A stretch of 64,000 nucleotides of DNA from NCBI GenBank assembly GCA_964016885.1, contig OZ024745.1, positions 118,172,001 through 118,236,000 on the forward strand. The letters run 5' to 3'. The position numbers and the translations under genes were made by a program. This document shows positions 13,759 to 27,089 of this stretch, piece after piece. Every line of letters starts with the position of its first letter. The first letter of the stretch is position 1. The stretch is from Eledone cirrhosa. Taxonomy: Eukaryota. Below the pieces are notes generated by a model. The model ran no database searches. It saw only the letters and a list, made by a program, of their open reading frames with translations, and was not told where the DNA came from.

Positions 13759-13867
13759 CTAAAAAAAGAAGTAAAAAAACATCATTTAACAATGGATTAC
13801 AGGTTTGGAGATAACAATTATGAATATAAATTTATTATTATTATTATTATTATAAACTATTATTAGG

Positions 13868-14062
13868 GCTGTGGATTGGCAGTATCATTAGAGGGCCGGA
13901 CGCCATGTTTCACAGCATAGAATTACATCCCTTTACGGTCTCAGTTCAAATCCTGCTGAGGTTAACTTTGCCTTTCATCTTTACAGGGTCGATAAAATAA
14001 AGTACCAGTAATGCACTGAGATAATTGCTGGCCTTGTGCCAAAAATAGAAACAAATATTATT
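13868..14062 (+). mobile_element. SINE family A
   Basis: Same motifs as 5818-6005. Confidence 0.85.
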
Positions 14063-14805
14063 ATACAAAGAATGATAAGTAGATTTCTTCTCTCCGGTGA
14101 CTATGGGGTTAAAGGTTTAGTCGTGATCAATACTAAGAGAACTGTGAATACAGCTTTTTCCTTTCTGGTTAAGCTCTCATAAATTATTTTCAAGTATCAT
14201 TTCATGTAGGAAATGCTGCATTTACAAAACTTCCTGAAATGTTGGTTAAAGTAGCGAGTTTGAGATGGTTAAGGTGCTGCTCTAAATATGCTATTATAGC
14301 TCCCAAACCACAACTAGGAGTAGACATTTGTTCTAGGACATGTGGGTTTCTCTGATTGGCTCTAAGTGAATACGTCTCTTTTGGCATACACACACAGATA
14401 TATATAAACATCAATAAATGCTAGAGTCAAAACTGAGTAGAGTGATCTGTACGAAATGTTTACATACAAATGGAGTCTCACAGTATAGATATGGCAAATG
14501 GGGAAAAATTTATATTTTGAATGCTGCCAGTTTTCCATACACAATGTAAAACCCTGCACTTTGGTAAATCTTTCTTACAATGTTTTCCATTTCTTGTCCT
14601 TGTGCCAATAATGAAAATCTTGTTGATATTGTTGTCATTGGCAAATTACTGAAGCAACATTCTCAGAAAAAATATCAGTTAATTCCCTCTAGGTATTCTT
14701 TTAACTGAAGTTAGCTTTTATAGGATAAAAACATGCTTTTCTGTTGGTTAGAAAACACAGAAGTTGTGTAAAATCATTACACGTATATAAATAAGGTGCT
14801 GAGAT

Positions 14806-14990
14806 AATAATTGTTTCTACGTTTGGCACAAGGCCAGCAATTATTCCAGTGTATTACTGGTACTTTATTCTATCGACCCCGTAAGGATGAAAGGCAAAGC
14901 TAACCTCAGCTGGATTTGAACTCAGAACATAAAGGGACGTAACTATGCTGCAAAGCATGGTGTTTGATGCTCTACCAATTCTGCCAATCC
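14806..14990 (-). mobile_element. SINE family A (reverse)
   Basis: Reverse complement of the family A consensus motifs. Confidence 0.85.
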
Positions 14991-16384
14991 TTGTTGATGA
15001 TAATAGTAATACAAATTCTTTAAATGATCTAGAGGAGTTTAAAGGCTGGTGCTTATCTGCAAACATACCATTAGCCACTTATGGCTGGGTTGATACACTG
15101 GTTCTCATATGACTTGTTTTTAGCTCTGGGACATTATTCAGCCATAGCCCAGGAACTGCTTCTGTTGGCAGAACATACTAGGTGGATGGGGTGTCTGATT
15201 TGTCTATGTTGTGAGGGGACATAAAGGCATGCATAGTCCCATAACTCCCGAAGGAGTCATAGAGGCACCGTATTGACATACAGCAGATCTAGGGCATTTT
15301 AAAAGAGCCCAATCCTCTCCAGGTTTGAATACAGCCAATTTCTTTGAGAGAAAGATAGCGAGTGAGAGAATGGAACTGATTTTGGCTTGATTTCTACAGC
15401 TGGATGTCCTCATTTACAGTGAGTGTTGGGTGCTTTTTTTTCTGTGGCGCCTACATGACCACTTTACAGTGTGGGCTGTGTGCTTTATTTTTGTGACACC
15501 TCCACGATCACTTTGTAGCGGGAGAGGATGGGGGTATATTGTCTATATGCTTCAGCTTTGGCTTGTTCCTGTGGGAAGTCGGGTCTTCTGTATTACTGCG
15601 TGACGCCAGAGGTCACGACCCTGTATCATCGCCTTTGAGAGGTGCAATTGGGCAAGGTCAGCTTTTATAGAGGAAAAATCAATACTAGTTTTAGGCTGGT
15701 ATGTTTTTTATCGACCATGAAAGCCAAAGTTAACCTCGGTTGGATTTGAGCTCAGAGAGCAGAAAATCAAAATGAATACTGCAAAGCATTCTATCCGATG
15801 TTCTAATGACTCTACCAATTCAGCAGCTACGTTAAGGCATATAAAATGTAAATAAAATATTCCATGAACTGAGAAAAGGGTATACGACACAGTAGTTATA
15901 TAATTACATGGTAAAGCCTGAAGATGTTATGATAACAATAAAAGAAGATAAAGTAATATATTAATATGGAAAATATGATAAAGTCAGTCAGTAATATATT
16001 AGTACAAACAATGTTTCTTGGGAAAATAGTTGTTTGATGTTGTGTTTATGAGATAAGAAGATAGAAAGGTGGGGAAAGTAAATATTTGCTTTCAATTAAT
16101 GATCCAAGGGGATAAGATTTCTGCAATATTATAATCATTATTTAATGTTTTACATATATATATGTGTGCATGCATTCACACAGGCATAAATTTACTTATT
16201 CATGGTCCTGCATAGATACATGCACACATGCAAGCAAGTGCAATCTTATATAAGCATGCATATTTGCTTACAGAGACTTCTCTTTCATACACACATACAT
16301 GTGAAATAGACTCATACACACTCACACACACATGGAATAGAGTCAAATGTACACGTTCACACACACACATGCATATGTACATAT

Positions 16385-16557
16385 CACTGTAAATGAGGTT
16401 GGTGTTAGGAAGGGCATCCAGCTGTAGAAATCAAGCCAAAATCAGTTCCTGTATGAGCAAGGCATGGTCAGCCGACCAGACACTGCCCACAACAGGACAA
16501 CCCATCTAACCCATGCTAGCATGGAAGAACGGACGTAAAACGATGATGATGATGATG
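16385..16557 (+). mobile_element. SINE family B 3' part
   Basis: tgtaaatgaggttggtgttaggaagggcatccagctgtagaaa ... (gat)n. Confidence 0.8.
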
Positions 16558-17526
16558 CTGAACACTTGCATGTGCACTCGTATATCTTCACAGTCACACT
16601 TTTTTATATACACACATACATAAAAGATACGTATTGAAAAGCAAGATGAATCATGTAAGTTACATTAAAAGAAATGGTTGTATGATATGAATTATATTAA
16701 AGTAATGAAATAAGCTGGATGAGTAATGAATGAAAATATACAATAAGATGAACTAATGGTGATAATGGCAATAACTGATGAATGATAAAATGTGAGATAG
16801 ATGATAAAGGTAGTAAAATAAAATAAAAGATATTCGATTCAGGAGAGTATTGTCCTGGCAAAACCAAAACAATAAACAAAAAATAACAATGTGAAGCAAA
16901 GCAGGGAATTTTATGTGGGTGTATGTGAGAATTATCCAGAAGTGGTGAGAGCTTTTCAAAAAGGAATTTAAAAAGAGCTAACAAAAAATGGCTGCAAAGC
17001 CTCAGTGTTTTTATCGAACCAAACATGAAAAATACCTTGTATCAGCGATTTATGTTGAGCAAAATGGTAGGTGTTTACAAGAACTTGAGAGCTCTGACTT
17101 GATATTTAAGCTAATTAGACCTTGCTTTAAGATAAAGATAAACCTTTTCTAACTTAAACCTAACTACCAATGGAATTTGGATGTAAAGCTTCAATGGTGA
17201 TATAGCTGGGCATAGTCTAGGATGGACAATTCATACTATACGTATAGTCAGACATCTCTTTCAGAGGCGGAATCTACTTCGATAAAGCCCTAAGCACAGC
17301 ATATTTGAGGATTAGATTAGTGTTTTAGATCTATGATTAATTAGTCCAATATATGACTTCAGTAATGAGTTGTTACTTAAGAATACTTGGATTTTCTAAG
17401 CAATTACCATCAGACAGGCAGTTGTTAAGATTCGCACAATTATAGGATTTAAATTTTGTCAATAACAAATTTAATGTGATTTCCAAAGTAAGTTGCAAAG
17501 TTCTTAAAGGTACAGTTCCTGTTGAA

Positions 17527-18350
17527 AATCTTTAGTGTTCAAACCGCCCGAAATTATTTCCCCCTCATTTGTTCAAACCGCCCGAAATCGCCCGAAAACA
17601 CCCACACTAAAAAATTGTTCTAAAAATAAACAAACCATCATCAAAATCTCGTCAATTCGAGATTAGGCCCTTACCGCGAAAATTAACACTTAATATAGTG
17701 GAACAACTTAAAACAACAAGTGTTTTTTTAACTTTGAAAGTGCAACAAATTTTTTTTGTATCAAATTTTTATTCAAAATACTGGTCCACAATACATTAGC
17801 TCCCGATGTTAAAGCACTGGATTATTTCTTTTTGTTTTTACCACAAACTTTCTTCAAAGTTGTGGCAGAAGAGATTAATCGATATGCCCAACAACAGATT
17901 TCAAATCAAGGAAAACCCGATCTGTTTGGCGACCGACAGATGCTGTGGAAATGCAAATATTATGTTCGGTATAAAACAATTTCAAAGACTGTGGAATTAC
18001 TGGAACACTGATATAAGGTTTAGTGATCCTTATATATCAAGTATTATGCCGAAAACAACGTATTTAAAATTAAACCAGTATTTGCACCTGGTTGATACTT
18101 CAAATGCCTCTATTAATTATTTTCACCTGCCCATAAAAGTCAAATTTGACCAAAAAAAATCAGGTAAAATTATATAATTGTAAATTATTGATATTTAAAC
18201 ATCTACTGACAAAACTTCAAGCCTGCACATAGAAAATTAAGAAAATTACAAACAAATAAAATTGATAACCCTCTTGAGTACGATTAACTGAAAATAATGT
18301 GAACAGATAAGCATGACATTTGAAAATTAATGCGAATGCTAAAGGGTTAA
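17527..18350 (+). mobile_element. Non-autonomous piggyBac-like element with transposase remnant
   Basis: Right end gaatgctaaaggg-TTAA, left end ctttagtgttcaaaccgcccgaaa. ORF 17806-18177 contains the piggyBac-transposase-like stretch NYWNTD....PYISSIMPKTTYLKLNQYLHLVD. A second copy starts at 63752. Confidence 0.8.
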
Positions 18351-20006
18351 GAGGGAATGGTGGGAAGAATTACTTAGCTACACCAGTCTTTACTGCAAAA
18401 TTGAAGGCAAAGTTATATAAAAGAATTCTGCATATTCTGTTCATGACTGGTCTCTTTAATACTCAGCATGTATTTTTTTAACCCACATACAGAGAGATGC
18501 CAGACGAAAAGGGAGAGGTAACACACGCACATAAAATTAACTTGGACTTCGAGTCTTGAGACGTGAGTGTATTTGAATTTGTAAGAAAATGGGAAAACTC
18601 GGCATAAGGAAACTGTTAAAACAGCAAAAAGGTTTTTTTCTCTGCTTTCTCTCCTTATAGTTTCTTGGATTGTGTTTACCAGTATTCCTTTATTACATAA
18701 CTATTATACAGTATACATCTGATGATGTTGCTGGGATCTTTTGTAACCTGACTACTGAAATGTATACTGTTTGCAGAAATAAACCTTTGAAGGAATTTCA
18801 CCAATAGTCCAACCTCCTGTCATTTCACTCAATAATATATATATATATATATATCCTCTATATATAGGGTCAATGGTTTCAGTAGAATAGATAAAGGAAA
18901 AAGAGTGGTGTACGTTAATGTTATTATTATAAATAATTTCTGAATAGAGTTGCTTGTTACCTAAGGTTTCAAAGCTTACTCTAGCATAATTCAGAGGAAA
19001 ATATAGGTCTGTAAGCAAATATGCTTATATAAGCATACACAAGCTTGCACGTGTCGATGCAGGAACATATCCTCTATATATATAGTTTAAGAAAATCCAT
19101 ATATCAGAATGAATAATGGCCAGATATAGATTTTTTTAAAAAGTCCATGTCTGGATATTAATAATTCTAACTTGTCTAATGATGATGAAGAGTATGATAA
19201 TTAGTTGAGAGAGAGAGAGAGAGATGAAGTAATAATGAGAGAAGGTGAATTGAATTTAAATACACACTTTTATCTATGCATTCTTGGTATAGACAAACAC
19301 ACTAATGCATAAAAAAGAGTAATATGTAAAAAGATGCTTCTTAACATACTACAGAAATGTACACTGATATACACACATACATATATACATACATTACACA
19401 TACATACATTTACATGATGGCTTCCCCCCTCGTTATCGAGTATTGCCATTGCACGAGATACCATTGCCTTTCATCCTTCCGGGGTCGATAGAATAAAGTA
19501 CCAGTAGTGCATTGGGTAATTGCTGGCCTTGTGCCAAAAGTAGAAACAATTATTAATAATCATTAATTAATTCTATCGTGCAATGCCTGTGCGTGAAGAT
19601 ATTCTTTAAAGTGAGGAAAGGCTGTGCACTGAGCCAATCCCACTCTCTGAGCGAGAGTAGCTATAACCCGAAAAGAAGAAAAGATCAACATCATCGGTAA
19701 CTACTGAGCCGCAGGTTTTATATCGGAGTTATCCCAGTTTCCTGAGTTGCCTTCTCCTAGAAGAATGCCCTGACAAAGGATAGGGGTCCTTCACTCCCAG
19801 TTGTTTAACCGCGCAGTACATGTGTATATACATATTTACACACTTTTGGATGGCCGTTGACTCTTATGAGTTCTTCCGCCCTTTGTCATTTACATACATA
19901 CCTACATATATACACACACATACCTATATACATACATACATGCATACATACACATACACACACACACGCACATACATGCATACATACATATACATACATA
20001 CATACA

Positions 20007-20152
20007 TGGTGTTAGGAAGGGCATCCAGCTGTAGAAAACCCGCCAGACAGTCCTATGCGAGCAAGACAACCACTCTTGCCTCAAGTGGGAAAACCCCCGT
20101 CCAAACCCATGCAAGCGTGGAACAGGGATGTTAAACGATGATGATGATGATG
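20007..20152 (+). mobile_element. SINE family B 3' part
   Basis: Near-identical to 2332-2487. Confidence 0.8.
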
Positions 20153-20336
20153 ACATTACACATACATACATACATACATACATTTAAATGGACAAAAATG
20201 AAATCTGACCTGAAATGTTTAAGTTAGAAAAACAACAACATAAACTACAAGAAAAAAAAAGGAAAAAGAATACAAAATAAATGAGATAAAATATGAAAAA
20301 AAACCCAAAAAACATTTGTTATATTCTTCAACTGAC

Positions 20337-20501
20337 CTTTTTCTTCAGAGCATTTCGCCTGAAAAATGCTTTACAAGACTCACAAGTGACGGCATCAAAA
20401 TTATAGCCTAGGGCTACATCATTGCATACACGACAGATCAACTTGGTGCCATCTTTTGGCTTTGGTCTTCGTTTTTGCTCTTTTATGTTTCCTTTTGTTT
20501 G
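20337..20501 (-). CDS. Nuclear receptor NR1J/HR96-like, exon encoding first zinc finger of the DBD
   Basis: Translates QTKGNIKEQKRRPKPKDGTKLICRVCNDVALGYNFDAVTCESCKAFFRRNALKKK. The CESCKA P-box is typical of NR1J (HR96/DAF-12/NHR-8). Acceptor tttacag| and donor |gtcagt; 165 bp, phase 0/0. Confidence 0.95.
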
Positions 20502-21249
20502 CTGTAAATATATAGACAAATAAATACCTTCAGTTTGGATATATTTTGATGAACATCAGGGAATTTTTATGTATAATTTTCTTCCTCAATATGCAAATAA
20601 AATATATCTATATAATATATTTGCAACCTATAGAGTGCCAAATAAATTCATATCAGTATTTGATCTGGCTCTTTATGTTCTGAGTTTAACTTTGCCTTTT
20701 ATCCTTTTGGGATCAAGAAAATAAAGTAATGGTCAATTTAATCAACTTTCCATTCCCAAAACTACTGGCCTTATACCTAAAGTAGAAATCATTTACTAGT
20801 TTTTGCTGGCGTACCTACTGCTAACTTCCTTGAACACCAATTATTTCATGGCTGTGAGCGCTTGACTATATATGTATACAAAGAGGCTCCCAACCTGAAT
20901 CTGTGCAAACCCACTTTCTTACTGCAGCCATTAGCCTGTATCAGAACATCTTGGTCTCATGAGCTATTCTTTGTTGCGTGACTGACCGTTGTTAGTCAAA
21001 GAGACTCTTCATATCAACAGGGATAAATCTACGAATAGGCTATGTAGCCGGTAAACCCTAAAGGGACGCAACATACACAGCATTTCAAAACTCCAGACTG
21101 ACTAACATGAATAATCTATTATATTGAGTTTTCATAGTCATCTCCCATGCACTGATCCTACCTGACTTACCTCCCCTTTGGGAAGTGACTTCTGCTGCAC
21201 ATGCGTATTCATATAATTGATTTTCCTTTTCCGTATAATCTCATTTAAA

Positions 21250-21290
21250 CCGAGCTGATGACCTGACTAAGGTGAAACAATTGTTCTCGG
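21250..21290 (+). ncRNA. Minimal type I hammerhead-ribozyme-like motif (PLE-associated)
   Basis: ccgag-CUGAUGA-ccu(gacua)agg-u-GAAAC-aauu-GUU-cucgg: stem I ccgag/cucgg and palindromic stem III; the base pair closing stem II is imperfect. Confidence 0.6.
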
Positions 21291-21310
21291 AAATGGTAAA
21301 TTAACTGTAT

Positions 21311-21345
<35 letters not shown>

Positions 21346-21347
<2 letters not shown>

Positions 21348-21709
21348 AAATAAAGTTAAATAAAAGTCAAATGATTAAAATTTAGCTTCGTTTATTACTG
21401 CTATATATATTTCAGTGACAGCCATCTTTGGCTGTGACCTCTTCAGGGAGTTTGAATTAGTATGGTATAGAAAAGTACATATGTTGTTTAGGTGTATAAT
21501 ATTGTCAATACTCTGATATGCCCAGTTCATTGTTGGGTTGTTAATTCACTGAGGAACTGGAGTCTAAACAACATATGTACTTGTCTATACCATACTAATT
21601 CAAACTCCCTGAAGAGATCACAGCCAAAGATGGCTGTCACTGAAATATATATAGCAGTAATAAACGAAGCTAAATTTTAATCATTCGACTTTTATTTAAC
21701 TTTATTTTA
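21346..21709. repeat. Fold-back element, about 146-bp arms, hammerhead-like motif
   Basis: Arms 21346-21491 / 21564-21709; ctcc-CTGAAGA-g(g/a)tcacagcc aaagat ggctgtcact-GAAA-tatatata-gcag..aataaa. Confidence 0.85.
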
Positions 21710-21820
21710 CACTACTCCGGAGTAACTAAACCAACCTGCGCACTTCGTCGAGTGCTCCAGCCTGCATACTGAGGTGTTGGTATACAACCAACATAAACTC
21801 AAAATCTCTCTATATATATA

Positions 21821-22295
21821 TATATAAAGAATGAATAATAACAGGTAGACATCATAAAAAGGTAATTTATTCCGTGTGCTTACAAGTGTTTCCACGGTGG
21901 TACTGCAGCCTAGTTCCGCTACGTGCAAATTCACAAGTATTTGCAGAACTCGAATATCCAATGCTGTGACCACTGTTTCCTCAGAGCAGAATGGTAAATG
22001 TACTACTTCTCCAACCCCTGCATATCTTTCCTTCTCTCTCCTTCTTCCCTACTTTTCTCTCTTCCTGTTCCACTCTATCTTCCCCAACAACCCCACTTAA
22101 GGGTTTTTACATTGTACATTTACCATTCTGCTCTGAGTAACAGTGGTCACAGCATTGGATATTCGAGTTCTGCAAATACTTGTGAATTTGCACGTAGCGG
22201 AACTAGGCTGCAGTACCACCGTGGAAACACTTGTAAGCACACGGAATAAATTACCTTTTTATGATGTCTACCTGTTATTATTCATTCTTTATATA
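21821..22295. repeat. Fold-back element, about 182-bp near-perfect arms, hammerhead-like motif with extended stem II
   Basis: Arms 21821-22003 / 22114-22295; the mirrored ORFs 21707..21973(-) and 22143..22484(+) share the same translation. Confidence 0.9.
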
Positions 22296-22431
22296 CACTC
22301 CGGAATACTGAAGGACCAGGAACTAAGTTTCTTGAACAATTCTTCCATAACTCGTAGAGTAACCTCTTACCGTACGTCAACCATATCCAGTGTAGTAATT
22401 AACCATCACTACATCTTGGATAATCCTATAC

Positions 22432-22480
<49 letters not shown>

Positions 22481-22563
22481 GTAATTCAGCTTTTTTAATG
22501 TGATAAACAATGACATATGTCAATTAGAACAACTGGGAAATCCCAAGACATGAACTAATCAAC

Positions 22564-22620
<57 letters not shown>

Positions 22621-22959
22621 TCTCTTGAGGTCACTGGTTGTGACTTGGTGATAACTCGTATGAACATAAAGCAAGATAAATGCAACTATAATAATAATAA
22701 TAATAATTGTTTCTACTTTTGGCACAAGGCCAGCAATTATTCCAGTGCAATAATCATTATATCTATATTCTAAACCTGCGTGATCATTCTAAGTATCTGA
22801 CTGGTAACCTCTGTGCCAATCTGAATTGTCTAAGCAAAGGTGACTGGTTGAAGTGGTGATGGGGATGCATTTCAAGCAAAACAATAACAACAGTTATCCA
22901 GGTATTTAGTGATGTGTTTTGTTAGTATTTAGTGCTACCATCTTACTGTGTTGGAACGC

Positions 22960-23360
22960 CCCTTGGAACATCAAGCATAAGTAGTGAAAGAGTCACTCGC
23001 TGGGAAGAAAAACTTAACAATCTCCCATTAGTAACAACAATGGAGTTAAAGGCGAGCGAGGCACTGCCTCCTAGAGCAGATACAAACTATGCAGTGTGGA
23101 AATGCCCAAACAGACTAAGATCTGGTGTTGGTCGTACAAAAGTCACTCTTGCAAAATGGGGATATTTAAAGGGTGGGGATGTTGTGTGTGACTGCGGCAT
23201 CAAACCACAGACTACGCAGCACCTCCTGATATGCCCCCTGCATAGCATTGGACTTGGCAGAGTTTAATTAGAAAGGACAGCAATGTGTTCAGCTATGGCG
23301 GAACCACATCTAGCCAAGCTTTGTAACTGACATTCTTGTGGACACGACAAGAAGAAGATG
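22960..23360 (+). mobile_element. Vingi/Ingi-like LINE 3' fragment
   Basis: WKCPNRLRSGVGRTKVTLAKWG...CDCG..QTTQHLLICP C-terminal CCHC motif; ends ggacacgacaagaagaaga. Confidence 0.7.
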
Positions 23361-24764
23361 GTTTAAAACAAATGAAACAATTGCAGTGTCTGTCCTTCCT
23401 GTTTTCCTTCCTTAACTTTTTTAATAACAACTTACCTGAAACCACCCCTGATTGTATAATGCAAAACTGTCTATTTTAAATTCTATTTAGCTAAAAACTT
23501 CATAATTTTATATAAGTATGTTTGTTAAGCTACGTTGCAAATACCAGATCAATAATGAGAAAGTTACTTCATGAAATGTCTCAGAATTATCAAATGCTCT
23601 CATCCTGGATATCTATATAATACATGAATCCTTTAACCATTTTATTACCATCACAGTATTTGATGTTTTTGTTTGGCCCTTATTAAGCAGACCTATGATA
23701 AAAGGCATTCCAGCCACGACCCTACTCTCTATTTTCTATGTACAGGTGACCCAGGATCACATTATTCAATGCAGTGATTCTTAATCCTTTTGATATCAAA
23801 TAGCCTGAAACCACCCTGATTTTACGAAAACCTGCTCATTTTAAGATGTTTATCCTTATATTAAAGCCTCTATCATAATTTCATTTTAGAAAGCTTTCTT
23901 ATAATGTTTTAAATGTCAGTTTATGAAAAGCGTAGTTATCTCATTAAATTCCTCTAAATATTTGGTTCTTTTCAAAATTAATTGAACACATAGGCAGTGT
24001 ATTTTATTAGAAATGCAGTAATGACAGAATTAAGCCCAAGCCTGACACCTCAAAATCAATTTGTTAGTTTGCTTCCATAGGTATCAGTTATCTAATGATC
24101 TTATATTGAACTGAAGCTCTTCTCTGGCGAAGGGTCTTGTCTCTTTGAGGAACAGAAATACTTAACACACACTCACACACACATATATATATATATATAC
24201 AAACATATATATATACATACACATATATATTGGCGATCCAGCTATATATATATATATACACACATTGGACTTCTTTATACACAAACACATACATATATAT
24301 GGAATCGTCCCAATATACATTGCCAATCCATATATATATATACACACTAAGACACACACACGCACATATATATATATAGGTTGAACAATGAAAACAAAAA
24401 AGAAAAGGCTCAGTGTTTATTTAATCTATTGTTTTACTATCATTTCAAAAAGTGAAATGAACCATGAAAATATCGATATATTGACTGATCAATAGTAACT
24501 ATGTAACTCCATTGTATTAACTTCAAGAAAATCCACTGTTTCAAGGAAAAGTAATCAATACACTATATTTGACCTAATTCACTCGACCCAAAACACAGAG
24601 TTAAACCACATCCATTCTTCTAAACTATGTCCCAACCCTCCTTGCAAAACAACTACTGACCTGTGCCAATAACTGGTAGGGGATGATAGTTGTCATCAGG
24701 CTGCATCTGTCATGTTACATAGTTTCTATATAATAATCTGCAGTGACTACAACCCCATTACTTA

Positions 24765-25243
<479 letters not shown>

Positions 25244-25324
25244 TAAAATAACAGATTAAAGTTTAAGCAAAGAATCGCTGCTTTCACCCTTAACGGGATC
25301 TTTAGTCTTCAATTTTATTATTAT

Positions 25325-25372
<48 letters not shown>

Positions 25373-25510
25373 GAAAAGAGTCAGGACCCCAACGGCTAGA
25401 GCTCAGCCGTCGGGACCCTGCCTCTTTTCCTATTACCCACTCTAAAACCCTAAGTATCAAGTACTCTGGTGCGTTATGGTCCACCTGGTTTCTTACCACA
25501 CTTTCTTTGT

Positions 25511-25541
<31 letters not shown>

Positions 25542-26780
25542 ACATAATTAAAAATGACAATCACAGAGATACAAAACAATTAATGTTATTAGGTTCATGC
25601 TTTGGATGAAAGAGAAAAAGGAGTTCAATGTATTGGATTTTAGTCCTTTATCAGGAGAGTACAAGAGGAAAGATAGAAAAAAATTTTTAAGAGATGTGTC
25701 TGTCTGTTATTAATGTGTTGGATTACTGTATATATAAGGGGAAGGTTTATATATAATGTGTCTGTTGTTGTCTTGTATTACTGTATATATAAGGGGAAGG
25801 TTTATACATAGATTGTGAATTATGAATTATTTGTATTTTTATAGTTACTTAAAAAATGTTTACAAGATCTGATAAACAGTATAACATGACAAGACAGAAA
25901 ACAAAATATTAACAGAATTCCCAAAATAGATTTTTTTTTGTGATTCTTGAAATAACGATTTCTGAAATTAGTATCAGGCCATAAATTTGGAAGGGAGAAA
26001 GCAAAGCATACTCAGCTGAATTGAACAACAATATCTGGCTGTTGCCTAGAGAGGTGACAGAGTTAAAACTAGTATAAATGTCCCCACAAGGTCACACACA
26101 GGCTGTTATTTAAGATAGGTGAAGTGAGGTCAGTTCTACTTCAACAGACGTATCAGCCATTCTAGCTGTGACAACCTCATCTTTTTGCCTAGGTACATTG
26201 CAACCAAGACCACATTATCTAATGTGCCTATGATTTCTAAGGGCTTAATCTGAAGGACATTTGGCAGTTATTTCTAGTAAGCTAAGCAACTCTCTCGTCT
26301 CTCAAGATCACAGGTTTGTATAGGAATGCATACTTGAAGGAATTATTACCCTAGTATACGACTGGTATTTATTTTGTTGAGTCCCCATCAGGCTTTGCAT
26401 TTATAATATCAAATGGTGCATAACATTTAGTTTAGTAAACAGCCATTCAACGACTACTTAATGTTCATATTTAGAATAACGATTTTAATAATGGGCACAA
26501 AGCCCCACATTTTGATAGAAACGTTGAATGAAACTGAGTCTCAGGTAGGTGGAAACTTAAGACGGGGTGAGTGGACAGCAGGAGGAGGAAGATCTCCCAT
26601 CAAGTTTCTCGGTTCTTGATTCCTCCTAACACTTTAATGGAGCTAGGCCCACCTAGGTCATGACTTCTAGATGTTCTCCTGCTGTTTTTTCTCCTCCAGT
26701 GGGTGATCTTCTTTCCCATTTCTGTGGTTTACAACACTCAGCCACAAAGACCATCAGTAGAACTAACATTTCCCATCTAT

Positions 26781-27006
26781 TTAACCCTTTACCATTTACA
26801 TTACTCTATATTTACTATTATATTTTCACAGTAAAGGCTTTACCTCACATAATTATCTCACATAATATCGAACCTATGAGATTTTGATATATATTTTGAG
26901 AACAATACCTTAACATCAGTATGAGTGGCCAGTTACAGCCAGTTTGAACAGAAAGAGGTAAGAGAATTCTGGCCGGATATGGTTGGTTTAAATGCTAAAG
27001 GGTTAA
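26781..27006 (+). mobile_element. piggyBac-type MITE
   Basis: TTAA-CCCTTTA...TAAAGGG-TTAA; internal sequence homologous to 6072-6288. Confidence 0.88.
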
Positions 27007-27089
27007 ACAGCAATCAATGTTCACAACTTTATGTATCTTAACTTGGTTCCAGTTTTCATTCCTCTTTGATAACAGCTACAATTATCTTA

